Shown here: positions 36,671 to 45,056 of the stretch, piece by piece
How the letters are laid out: each line of letters starts with the position of its first letter
Numbering within the stretch: position 1 is the first letter of the stretch
Assembly: GCA_045806525.1 (NCBI GenBank)
Contig: JBJMJD010000009.1
Coordinates: 6,626-70,625, forward strand
DNA from: Gaiellales bacterium
Lineage (GTDB): Bacteria; Actinomycetota; Thermoleophilia; Gaiellales; JAICJC01
Direction: 5' to 3'
Length of the DNA stretch: 64,000 nucleotides
Made by a program: the position numbers and the translations under genes
The notes under the pieces: model-generated
What the model was told of the DNA's origin: nothing
The model's input: the letters and a program-made list of their open reading frames with translations, nothing else
Database searches by the model: none

Positions 36671-37938
36671 CCCGCGGCGGCGAGCGCCCGCATCACCCAC
36701 ACCGCTAACACCCGCGCGCACCGCGCCACATCCTCGAGCTCGATGTGCTCGTCCGGGGCGTGGGCCAGGAACGGATCGCCAGGCCCGTAGAGCACGGTCG
36801 GCGTCGCTCCCTCGTTGATCAGCAGGCGCATGTCGGCGCCGTAGGGAACGCCCACGAAGCCGGGCAGCTTGCCCAGCACGTCGCGGGCCGCCTCGCCCAC
36901 GCCCCAGGGCAGCTCGTGGGTGTGGGGCACGACCGCCGAGGCGAACCGTCCGCCGGTGATCTCGATCGAGGCGGGGTGGTCGCGCAGCCAGTCGTCGCCC
37001 GCACAGGCCCCGACCACGGCGGCTCGCAGCGCCTGCTCGGCCTGCTCCGGCGTCTCGCCGACGCGCACGCCGTAGCGGCCCTCGACGGTGACCCGGTCGG
37101 GAACGGTCGACGACCAGTCGCCGCCGGATATGCGGCCCAGGTTGGTGGGGTAGGGAAGGCCGAGCTCGCGCATGGCGGGGTTCTGCTCGCTCTCGTTCCG
37201 TTCCCTCTCATCGGCCAGCAGCCCGTCGTGGACGACGCGCAGCTTCTCGATCGCCGAGACGCCCTTGAGACGGTAGGCGGCGTGCGCGGAGCGGCCGCTG
37301 ACTGTCAGCAGAAAGGTGATCGCGCCGGCCTGCGCGGTCACGATCTCGAGCCTGGTGGGCTCGGTGATCACCGCCATCTCGGCCACGTAACCGGACCGGA
37401 TCGCGGCCAGCATGCCGGCGCCGCCGTCCTCTTCGCTGGGCACGGTCACCAGCACCGCCTCGCCCTGTAGCTCGGTCCCGGTGTCGACCAGCGCCCGCAG
37501 CGCGGCCAGGCCGGCCACCACGCCGCCCTTCATGTCCATCGAGCCGCGCCCGTACAGGCGGCCGTCGCGCAGCTCCGCGCCGAACGGGTCGGTGCTCCAG
37601 TCCTCCCGCGGCCCGGGCGGCACCGTGTCGATGTGCCCGGCGACGATCACCCGCCGCGGGGCTCCGACCTCGCCGATGGCGCCCGCCACGACCGGCAGCG
37701 TCGTGCGCGGCGCCTCCATGCCCGGGAAGTCGGGGTCGCCCGCCAGCTGTGCCGGGTCGGTGTCGACGCGCGTCACCTCGAGGCCGGCGTGCGCCATCCG
37801 CAGGGCCGCCTCGGTCTGCACGGCGCCCTCCTGACCGGTGACGCTGGGGATCCGCACCAGCGCCGCCAGGTCGTCGCCGATGCGGTCACGGTCGACGGCC
37901 GCGATCACGGCCAGCTCCGACGGCGTCAGGTTCTTCAT
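36667..37938 (-). CDS. M20-family metallopeptidase / ArgE-DapE-type deacylase
   Basis: 423 aa. Motifs VIVAGHIDTVPPG and LYGRGSMDMKGGV, with a dimerisation lid region. Confidence 0.8.
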   Translation of the reverse strand: MKNLTPSELAVIAAVDRDRIGDDLAALVRIPSVTGQEGAVQTEAALRMAHAGLEVTRVDTDPAQLAGDPDFPGMEAPRTTLPVVAGAIGEVGAPRRVIVAGHIDTVPPGPREDWSTDPFGAELRDGRLYGRGSMDMKGGVVAGLAALRALVDTGTELQGEAVLVTVPSEEDGGAGMLAAIRSGYVAEMAVITEPTRLEIVTAQAGAITFLLTVSGRSAHAAYRLKGVSAIEKLRVVHDGLLADERERNESEQNPAMRELGLPYPTNLGRISGGDWSSTVPDRVTVEGRYGVRVGETPEQAEQALRAAVVGACAGDDWLRDHPASIEITGGRFASAVVPHTHELPWGVGEAARDVLGKLPGFVGVPYGADMRLLINEGATPTVLYGPGDPFLAHAPDEHIELEDVARCARVLAVWVMRALAAAG

Positions 37939-38798
37939 CCGCGCAGGATGGGACGCGTCAGGCAGGTCGGCCCGCCGCTGCCGTTCACGCCCACCTGGCC
38001 GGCGGGAAAAGCGTGCACCTCGGCCCCGGCAGCCTCCAGGCGCGCGCGCGTGACCGGGTTGCCATCTGCGACAACGGCCACCCTGGGGCTGACGGCCAGC
38101 ACGTTGCAGCCCAGCGAGAGGTACTCCTGCTCGGGCACCTCCACCAGCCGCACGCCCCGCTCCTGCAGCAGCTCCAGCAGGCCGCAGGGGAACAGCGGCA
38201 GGAACACCACCGCCAGATCGTCGGCGATCGGCGAGATCACGCTCATCAGGTGCACGAGCTCGCCGGCGCCCTTCCAGTAGGGGACGTCGAATACCTCAAC
38301 CTCTACCTCAGGTTCAAGGATCGAGCGCAGCTGGGCGGCACCGGAGCGGTTCGTGCGAAGCGTCCGGCCCACGCACAGGGTGCGCTCGTCCAGCCAGAAC
38401 GTGTCGCCGCCCTCGGCCGTGCCCGGCGACTCGATCCGGCCCACGGTGGGGATGCCTCGCTCGTTGCACCAGCGCTCGATCACCAGCTCCTCGCCGACCC
38501 GGTTGGGCTTGCCGGCCAGCAGCGGCAGCACGCCGCGGTCGGTGACCAGCGCCGGGTCGAAGGTGTAGGTGAGGTCGGGATCGGACTCGCAGTCCAGCTC
38601 GTGGACGGTGGCGCCCAGGTCGGCCAGGATCGTCGTCAGCGCGTCGTGCTCGCGCTGCGCTGCGACCAGGTCGACCGGGTGCAGGAAGCCGTGGGCGGGA
38701 TCGTCGAAGGCGGCGCCGAAGGCCGCAGCGGGGCGCTTCACCAGGACGTCGCGCAGCTGCGCGGTCATGCTCTGGGCGCCGAAGGTGGGGGTGCTCAT
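37935..38798 (-). CDS. Amidinotransferase-fold guanidino-modifying enzyme (dimethylarginine dimethylaminohydrolase / arginine-deiminase-like)
   Basis: 287 aa. Motifs TAEGGDTFWL and HLMSVISP, and the C-terminal catalytic Cys context GSGGPTCLTRPI. Confidence 0.7.
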   Translation of the reverse strand: MSTPTFGAQSMTAQLRDVLVKRPAAAFGAAFDDPAHGFLHPVDLVAAQREHDALTTILADLGATVHELDCESDPDLTYTFDPALVTDRGVLPLLAGKPNRVGEELVIERWCNERGIPTVGRIESPGTAEGGDTFWLDERTLCVGRTLRTNRSGAAQLRSILEPEVEVEVFDVPYWKGAGELVHLMSVISPIADDLAVVFLPLFPCGLLELLQERGVRLVEVPEQEYLSLGCNVLAVSPRVAVVADGNPVTRARLEAAGAEVHAFPAGQVGVNGSGGPTCLTRPILRG

Positions 38799-38829
38799 GC
38801 TTGCGAACAGTAGACTGTCGCGACGTCAC

Positions 38830-39114
38830 ATGAGCGATGAACACGACTACCGCGAGCAGTACAACGAGGCCATCGCCAGGGCCGTGGCCGGTCAGGTCGG
38901 TGTCTACCCGGACTTCGACCGCCACCGCCAGGAGACGGTGTGGCGGGTGCTCTCGTCCGACCGCCAGGCGCTGCTCACGTTCTGCCAGCGCCAGGGCATC
39001 TCGGTGGGCAGGATGGACACCATCAAGACCCTGAAGAGCCCCAAGCCGCTGTACCAGCTGATGGCCGTCGGCCACGACGCCCAGACGATCGCGAAGTGGC
39101 AGGGAGCGCACTAG
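38830..39114 (+). CDS. Small hypothetical protein (94 aa)
   Basis: ATG at 38830 within ORF 38569..39114. No motif recognised. Confidence 0.4.
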   Translation: MSDEHDYREQYNEAIARAVAGQVGVYPDFDRHRQETVWRVLSSDRQALLTFCQRQGISVGRMDTIKTLKSPKPLYQLMAVGHDAQTIAKWQGAH

Positions 39115-39118
39115 CGGC

Positions 39119-39748
39119 GTGGCCCTGATCGTCGTCGACTTCGACGGCACGATCACCGAGTCAGACAGCCTCGTCCAGATCGTGCAGACGTACGCGCCGC
39201 AGCTGTTCGACGAGCTGGAGGGCGACCTCGACGCCGGGCGGATCACGCTGCACCAGTGCATCGAGCGCGAGTTTGCCGCGGTCCGCGGCGACCACGACGC
39301 GATCGTGGCGGAGGCGGTCGCGCGGGTGCGGGTGCGGCCCGGCTTCGCGGAGTTCGTGGCCGCGGCGCAGGCGGCGGGGCACCGGGTGGTGGTGGTATCA
39401 AGCGGGTTCGAGGCGATCATCCGGCCGGTGCTGGTGCGCGACGGTGTCCCCGAGGTGGAGCTGTTCGCTCACGACGTGCGGTTCTCAGCGAAGGGCGGGG
39501 TGGTGGATTTCCGCTACGGCGAGCAGTGCGACGTCTGCGGGCAGGAATGCAAGCGGTCGGTGGTCCGTGCGCTGCGGGACGGCGGCGACGTTGTCTACGT
39601 TGGTGACGGCTACTCCGACCGCTGCGCGGCGCTGGCGGCCGATCGCGTGTTCGCCCGTCGAGAGCTGGCCCGGGACATGGAGGCCCGGGGCGTCGCGTAC
39701 GAGCCGTTCGACGACTTCGTGAGCGTGCGGGCGGCGCTGGGCCTGTAG
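39119..39748 (+). CDS. HAD-IB family phosphatase (PSPase/MtnX-like)
   Basis: 209 aa. Motif I VVDFDGTIT, motif II VVVVSSG, motif III/IV CK...VVYVGDGYSD. Confidence 0.75.
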   Translation: MALIVVDFDGTITESDSLVQIVQTYAPQLFDELEGDLDAGRITLHQCIEREFAAVRGDHDAIVAEAVARVRVRPGFAEFVAAAQAAGHRVVVVSSGFEAIIRPVLVRDGVPEVELFAHDVRFSAKGGVVDFRYGEQCDVCGQECKRSVVRALRDGGDVVYVGDGYSDRCAALAADRVFARRELARDMEARGVAYEPFDDFVSVRAALGL

Positions 39749-40531
39749 CTACTCGGCCGTGGTGTAGGTGGCGGTGATACCGCCGTCCACCAGCATGGCC
39801 GCGCCGTTCGTCCAGCTGGACTCGTCGCCGGCCAGGTAGAGCACGGCGTTTGCGACCTCCTCGGGCGTGCCGAGGCGGCCGTCGGGGAGGTGCACGGCGC
39901 GGCGCTGCCACTGATGCTCATCGGTCAGGAACGCTCCCACCAGGCCGGTGTCGACCGGGCCCGGGCAGACGGCGTTGCAGCGGATGCCCTGCTTGGCGTA
40001 GACGGCGGCCACCTCACGGGTCATCGACACGACGCCGCCCTTGCTGGCCGAATAGGCGATCTGGGGGGTGGCGGCGCCCATCAGTGCGACGAAGCTGGCG
40101 GTGTTGATGATAGAGCCGCCGCCGCAGCGCAGCAGGTGCGGGATCTGGTGGTGCAGGCACAGGAACACGCCGGTCAGGTTGACCGAGAGGATCCGCTGCC
40201 AGGTGGCGGGGCTGGTCGATACCGGGTCGGTGTCGTCGGGCAGCAGGATGCCGGCGTTGTTGTGGCAGACGTCGATGCGTCCGTGGCGGTCGGCGACGGC
40301 GGCGTAGAGGGCGGCCACGGAGGCGTCGTCGGTGACGTCGACGGAGAAGGCCGCGGACTCGCCGGGCAGCCCGGCGGCGGCGCGCTGGGCTGCCGCCAGG
40401 TCGATATCCGCGACGGCGACGCGGCCGCCCTCCGCGGCCAGGCGGCGGCAGGTGGCAAGGCCGATGCCGGAGGCACCGCCGGTGACGACGCAGACCTTTC
40501 CCTCGACGCGTCCGGGGGGCATGGCGGGCAT
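39749..40531 (-). CDS. Short-chain dehydrogenase/reductase (SDR)
   Basis: 260 aa. Motifs VVTGGASGIG, NNAG, and YSASKGGV (YxxxK). Confidence 0.9.
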   Translation of the reverse strand: MPAMPPGRVEGKVCVVTGGASGIGLATCRRLAAEGGRVAVADIDLAAAQRAAAGLPGESAAFSVDVTDDASVAALYAAVADRHGRIDVCHNNAGILLPDDTDPVSTSPATWQRILSVNLTGVFLCLHHQIPHLLRCGGGSIINTASFVALMGAATPQIAYSASKGGVVSMTREVAAVYAKQGIRCNAVCPGPVDTGLVGAFLTDEHQWQRRAVHLPDGRLGTPEEVANAVLYLAGDESSWTNGAAMLVDGGITATYTTAE

Positions 40532-40540
40532 TAAACGCGA

Positions 40541-40571
40541 GAGGGGCGCCCGCGTGTCGCGGACGCCCCTC
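40541..40571 (-). terminator. GC-rich hairpin downstream of the permease gene (putative intrinsic terminator)
   Basis: Outer stem GAGGGGCG/CGCCCCTC (8 bp) with inner stem CCGCG/CGCGG. On the minus strand it is followed by TCGCGTTTAAT. It starts 15 nt after the permease stop. Confidence 0.45.
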
Positions 40572-40585
40572 CGGCGGTCATCGGG

Positions 40586-42151
40586 TTACAGCCCGTCGTG
40601 CACCATCCGGCCGATCGTCTCGTACTTGGCGCGGTCGTTCGATTTCAGATACAGCGCGTATCCGATACCTCCCACGAACACCAGCACGTCGATTATCACC
40701 AGGTACCAGGCGTAGGTGTAGCCGGCGCCGAGGAAGTCGATCTTATCGATCGCGACCCCCAGCACCGCCAGCTGACCAACCACCGAGATGATCGGGGCGA
40801 TCGTGTGGTTCCACATCCGGTGCTCACCCGGATGATGGGTGCGGAAGTAGTTCCAGATCGCCACCGACACCAGCGCCTGGATGAACAGGATCAACACCAC
40901 GCCCATGAATGCGGCCAGGCCGTAGAGCTGGACGTAGGCCTGCGACGACGCGGCGGTCTGGTTCGGAGCCGTCGTGGTGAAGAAGTAGAACGCCAGCACG
41001 ATCAGGGCCGCGATCACGGACTGCGCGATCGAGGCGATGTGCGGGCTGCGGTACTTCGGGTGCGTCCGGCCCAGCGCCGACGGCAGCACCTTCTCGCGTC
41101 CCAGCGAGTAGAGGTAGCGGGCCGTGGTGTTGTGGAAGGCCATGCCACACGCGAATGAGCCGGTGATGATCAGGTAGCTCATCACGTCGCTCAGGAACTG
41201 GTTGCCGAACTCCTTGGCCGGGGCGAGATAGAACGCTGCCGGGTCGGACACGGCCACCAGTGCCGCGTCGTGGGTGGTGAAGTACGACGAGAGCGCCGCC
41301 CACGAGGTGATGGTGTAGAAGATGCCCAGTCCGATCACCGAGACGTACATCGCCCTCGGCACGATCTTCTTGGGGTTGCGCGACTCCTCGCCGTAGTTAG
41401 GAGCCATCTCGAATCCCACCCACGACCAGAAGGCGAAGAACACGCCGACCGCCCATGCGCCGGCCGCGACTGCGTTGTCGCCGCTGCCGGATGCGGGCAG
41501 GTTCTTGAAGGCGTTCAGCGGGTTGATGGCCGCTGCCTGGATGTTGTTACCGCCGTGTCAGAACACGACCAGGTCGAAGATCAGCAGTGCGATCACCTCG
41601 CTGATCAGCGCCAGGCCCAGCACGCGTGCCGAGATGTGCACGTCGAAGTAGGCGAGGATCGAGATCAGCACGACCATGAACAGCGCGACGATCACCCATG
41701 AGGGGTGATAGCCGTACTGGGCGAGCTTGAGCGTGCCGAAGTATGCGAAGCCCCCGCACAGCGAGGCCTCGAACACCGAGTAGGCAACCACCATTGCGAG
41801 ACCACTGGCCATGCCCAACTCGCGGCCGAGCCCGTGGCTGATGAAGCTGTAAAAACCGCCCGCAGCGGTGACCTTGCGGGCCATGGATACGTACCCCACC
41901 GAGAAGATGGCGAGGATGACCGTCGCGAACGCAAAGCCGGCGGGTGTGCCGACGCCGTTGCCGTATCCGACTGACAGCGGCGTGTTGAAGAGCATTGCGG
42001 AGATCGGCGCCGCGCCGGTCACCGTCAGGAAGAGAACGCCGGCGAGACCAACGGCGCCGCCGTGCAGCTTCTGGACATCGTCGCGTTCGGAGACGTCGAC
42101 GCTGTCGATCTGGATCATCCCCTGATGGCCAGGGGGTTCCATGCCTTCCAC
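40586..42151 (-). pseudogene. APC-family amino acid permease interrupted by a single in-frame TGA (41558-41560)
   Basis: ORFs 41558..42535 and 40586..41443 are in the same frame. Read through, the junction is ...LIFDLVVF*HGGNNIQAAAINPLNAF...VFFAFWSWVGFEMAPNYGEESRNPKK. The total is 522 codons from GTG 42151, which is preceded by AAGGAGGG. Confidence 0.75.
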
Positions 42152-42195
42152 TTGTCCCTCCTTTGAGCATTGACCGGTATGGGCATCTGCCCGGG

Positions 42196-42660
42196 CTAGC
42201 TGACGGCTGCCACCTCCTTGTTCTCGCCCCCGTCGCGCGTCTCGCCGGCGGCGAGCGTCGCGACCAGGATGCGCTCGACGACGTCCCGCCACTCGTCCTG
42301 GCGGACTTCGACGCGATCGGGCAGCAGCCGGCGCCGCTTGACGTCGGCGTAGTGGTCCTTCGCGAGCACGTCGAAGGCGCCGATCGTGCGGATCACGATG
42401 CCGTAGTCGCCGGCGCCGACGAAGCTGCCGATCCAGTCGCCCGGCCGGCCGTCGTCTGCGAACACGCCCTCCTCGACGCCCTGCCAGTACGCGTGCTGGA
42501 ACAGGCAGCCGGCGACGCCGCGGTCCGTCCAGCATCCGGCGGTGACGGCTCGTTCACCGCGGCCGATGCCACGAAGCGCGAGCTGAAGGAGTTCGCGGCC
42601 GCGATCACTCTCGGCCAGGACGGCCAGATCGTCGCGCACCCTTTGCTCTTGCGGGTTCAT
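42196..42660 (-). CDS. Hypothetical protein (154 aa)
   Basis: ATG at 42660 lies 6 nt after GGAGG. No motif recognised. It is directly upstream of the permease. Confidence 0.45.
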   Translation of the reverse strand: MNPQEQRVRDDLAVLAESDRGRELLQLALRGIGRGERAVTAGCWTDRGVAGCLFQHAYWQGVEEGVFADDGRPGDWIGSFVGAGDYGIVIRTIGAFDVLAKDHYADVKRRRLLPDRVEVRQDEWRDVVERILVATLAAGETRDGGENKEVAAVS

Positions 42661-42827
42661 GTTTGACCTCCGCTCGTCGGATCTGGCCACGATAATGCCA
42701 GCTTGAACGCTTAGATACAAGGGTCTGGACGGCATCGCGGCACGCGATGTGCCGCCAGCACTGTCAACACGCGGGACGCCGTGCAACCCGGCCGATGACG
42801 GTTCGCCGGGCTCTCCGGAAGGGCGCC

Positions 42828-42865
42828 GGGTGATAGAGAGGTGCCGGGCACCGTCGTAACAGCCG
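42828..42865 (+). repeat. REP-like repeat, left copy
   Basis: GGGTGATAGAGAGGTGCCGGGCACCGTCGTAACAGCCG. It contains the hairpin GGTGCC-G-GGCACC and ends 11 nt before the transposase stop codon. Confidence 0.85.
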
Positions 42866-42876
42866 TTGCACCGCCG

Positions 42877-43599
42877 TTACATCGCCGCGACGACCCGCCG
42901 CCACGCGGTCATCTCGCTCACGCCTAGGTGAGTGGCGATCTGTGCATAGGTGTAGCCGTTGAGTCGAGCCGCTCGCAGTCCCTCTGGGCCGACGGGCTTC
43001 CCCGGCCGCAGGATCCCGATCAACGGCTTCGGATGCGACGATCGAATTTCGTGCCTCCCGTCCTCGACCCATTCTCGGAGCAATACTCGGGCTTCGTCCG
43101 GATCTGGGGAGAATCGGTCAAGCGTCGGTCGCACGCTTAGAAACGGCTCTCGCGGGCCATAGCCGAGAGTCGCGCGGCAGCTCGACCAGGGCCAGCCTTC
43201 GGGCCGCTTGCACAAACCCGCTCTCACGGGGTTGAGCGGGATGTACCGGATTACCTCGCGCAGGTGCTCGTCCGTGAGGATGAGGCCGTCGGAATATCGC
43301 CGCTGGAACAGATGCCCGATCCGCTCGTACTTCTCGTTGAAGCGATGGGCGTAGGTGCTGTTGAGCCACTGCATGCCGATCGCGATGTTCGGTTCGGGAG
43401 TCTCGATCAGCAGGTGGTAGTGGTTCGACATCAGGCAGTAGGCGTGAACCTTCCAGCCGTGGCGCTGCTTGGCCCGTGCGATCGTCTGTAGGAGCAACAC
43501 CCGATCCTCGTCCGAAGCGAAGATCTCGCGCCGGTTGTTCCCACGCATGGTGACGTGATAGAGGCCGCCGGCTACCTGGGGTCTGCGTCTTCGAGGCAT
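42877..43599 (-). CDS. IS200-like / REP-associated tyrosine transposase (Y1 HUH family) with C-terminal HTH
   Basis: 240 aa. Motifs GLYHVTMRGNNRREIF and AYCLMSNHYHLLIE (HUH = HYH). RYIPLNPVRAGL carries the catalytic Tyr context. Also WPWSS, and a C-terminal HTH GYTYAQIATHLGVSEMTAWRRV. Confidence 0.85.
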   Translation of the reverse strand: MPRRRRPQVAGGLYHVTMRGNNRREIFASDEDRVLLLQTIARAKQRHGWKVHAYCLMSNHYHLLIETPEPNIAIGMQWLNSTYAHRFNEKYERIGHLFQRRYSDGLILTDEHLREVIRYIPLNPVRAGLCKRPEGWPWSSCRATLGYGPREPFLSVRPTLDRFSPDPDEARVLLREWVEDGRHEIRSSHPKPLIGILRPGKPVGPEGLRAARLNGYTYAQIATHLGVSEMTAWRRVVAAM

Positions 43600-43659
43600 G
43601 GTTCGACGCTACCGGCGCCGGCTTCTCGTGTCTGTCACGGAACGGTCTCGGATCGGTGC

Positions 43660-43697
43660 CGGCTGTTACGACGGTGCCCGGCACCCCTCTATCACCC
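43660..43697 (-). repeat. REP-like repeat, right copy (inverted)
   Basis: CGGCTGTTACGACGGTGCCCGGCACCCCTCTATCACCC is the reverse complement of the left copy except for one base. It lies 60 nt upstream of the transposase start and 19 nt downstream of the BMC-T-like gene stop. Confidence 0.85.
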
Positions 43698-43716
43698 GCG
43701 ACCGGGCCGAGCGACG

Positions 43717-44322
43717 CTACGCGCCCTCCTGCAGCGCTTCCACCGCTGCCTGATATCCCTCCACGGCCTCTGCGTCGCGCCCGCTCATGATCAGCCGGCC
43801 GGTTGCGCCGAGCAGCGCCGCGTAGATCAGCTTCACCGGTGCTCGTTTCTCGGCCCGGTTGGCCGCCGTGGCGATGTAGGCCGCCGGGGTCGCCTCGATC
43901 AGGAACATCGTCTCGTCCTGCAGCAGCAGGTTCGCGCCGCCCATCCTGTTGATCAGCTGCGCCTGGTTGGGATGCACCCGCGTCACCAGCTCCGACGCCA
44001 CCACCTCCGGCCGCCTCGCGTCCGCCACCGTCAGCTTCAGCCGCTCCAGCACCGCCCGCGCCGCCTCCCGCACCGCAACCGGGTCGCGCCCGTGCAGCTC
44101 CAACGTCCCGTACTGCCGCTCCACCACCTGCAGCCCCGACCGCACGTCCGCGTTCTTCACCGCCGCGTTCACGAGCGAGAACACCTCGTTCGCCGGCGCC
44201 ACCTCCACGTACAGCTGCGCGAACCCCGCCGACGGCGGATCGCCCTGGCAGGTCTGCGCCACGTAGGCCGCCCACTGCGGCTGCATGGCGTCGATCTCGA
44301 CGAAGGCGCGGAGGTCGGCCAC
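43717..44322 (-). CDS. Divergent tandem-domain BMC shell protein (BMC-T-like)
   Basis: 201 aa, made of two roughly 100-aa halves. Each half aligns by eye to the in-window BMC-H core. Example: LIEATPAAYIATAANRAEKRAPVKL...GRLIMSGRDAEAVEGYQAAVEA against [25 protein letters not shown]...[21 protein letters not shown]. The first half reads LYVEVAPANEVFSLVNAAVKNADV...GTLELHGRDPVAVREAARAV. It is the last gene of the shell operon. Confidence 0.55.
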   Translation of the reverse strand: MADLRAFVEIDAMQPQWAAYVAQTCQGDPPSAGFAQLYVEVAPANEVFSLVNAAVKNADVRSGLQVVERQYGTLELHGRDPVAVREAARAVLERLKLTVADARRPEVVASELVTRVHPNQAQLINRMGGANLLLQDETMFLIEATPAAYIATAANRAEKRAPVKLIYAALLGATGRLIMSGRDAEAVEGYQAAVEALQEGA

Positions 44323-44324
44323 CT

Positions 44325-44570
44325 CTACCGGGACGGATCCACGATCGCGACCACCGCCGCGTCGGTCGGAACGCCGCGCGTCTGATCCGTCTCACGCGCC
44401 GCGCCGCCCATCGCGACCAGCACCATGTCGCCCTCTCCGGCGCCCACCAGATCCACCGCCACCAGCTCCCCGCCGCCCCCCACCGGGGTCACCGTCAGCA
44501 GGCTGAACCCGGTTAGCCCGGCCGCCTTCTGCGTCGCCACCGTGCTTCCCGTGACATGGCATCGCTGCAT
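44325..44570 (-). CDS. BMC vertex protein (BMC-P, EutN/CcmL family)
   Basis: 81 aa: VTGSTVATQKAAGLTGFSLLTVTPV...LVAVDLVGAGEGDMVLVAMGGAAR...DAAVVAIVD. This matches the EutN/CcmL pattern. Confidence 0.85.
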   Translation of the reverse strand: MQRCHVTGSTVATQKAAGLTGFSLLTVTPVGGGGELVAVDLVGAGEGDMVLVAMGGAARETDQTRGVPTDAAVVAIVDPSR

Positions 44571-44579
44571 CTCGTCCTC

Positions 44580-45056
44580 CTAGCTTTGCGGCCGCAGTCG
44601 CACGGCGCCGTCGAGGTCGTTCCAGGGAATGATCGCGTCCACCGCCGCCTGTATCCGGTTCAGCGCCATCAGCAGGTGCTCGATCACGACCGCGTACTCG
44701 CGCGACGTGTCCGGCCGCCACTCGGCCAGGATCGACGCCGCCCGACGCAGCAGCTGCACCGTCTCGGGCATCTCCCACTTCGCCGTCCGCGCCGCCGTCC
44801 GCTCCAGCAGCATCGCCGTCACCGAGCACAGCTCCGGCAGCCGCAGGTCGCCGTCCAGCGCCGCCTGCCGCACCACCTGCAGCTGCTCCCCGGCCCAGAA
44901 CAGGTCGAAGTTGCAGTACAGCACGCACGGCAGATTGCCCATCGGCGGCAGCGTGAACCGCCGCAGCGCCGCCACGTCCGGCGGCTCGCCGATCCAGCGG
45001 TCGACCGTGAACTCGCGCAGCTCCTCCACCAGCATCGCCGCCGACACGTAGGCCAT
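44580..45056 (-). CDS. Hypothetical protein (158 aa) embedded between shell genes
   Basis: ATG at 45056 shares one nt with the upstream stop (TGATG). The N-terminus MAYVSAAMLVEELREFTV looks like a short amphipathic helix. No family recognised. Confidence 0.45.
   Translation of the reverse strand: MAYVSAAMLVEELREFTVDRWIGEPPDVAALRRFTLPPMGNLPCVLYCNFDLFWAGEQLQVVRQAALDGDLRLPELCSVTAMLLERTAARTAKWEMPETVQLLRRAASILAEWRPDTSREYAVVIEHLLMALNRIQAAVDAIIPWNDLDGAVRLRPQS

Larger units (their letters stand above)
42828..43697 (-). mobile_element. REPtron-like unit: Y1 (IS200-like/RAYT) transposase gene bracketed by inverted 38-bp REP-like repeats
   Basis: The repeats at 42828-42865 and 43660-43697 are reverse complements with 1 mismatch in 38. 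A sampled line inside gives about 60% GC against about 75% in neighbouring genes. Confidence 0.65.

Noticed and set aside
41500-41560. Possibility that the in-frame TGA in the permease encodes selenocysteine or is programmed read-through
   Set aside because: A 6-bp stem (CAGCGG...CCGCTG) occurs about 24 nt downstream, but it does not resemble a bacterial SECIS element in size or position. I know of no selenoprotein permeases of this family, and TGA is used as an ordinary stop throughout the window. A nonsense mutation or sequencing error is the simpler explanation.
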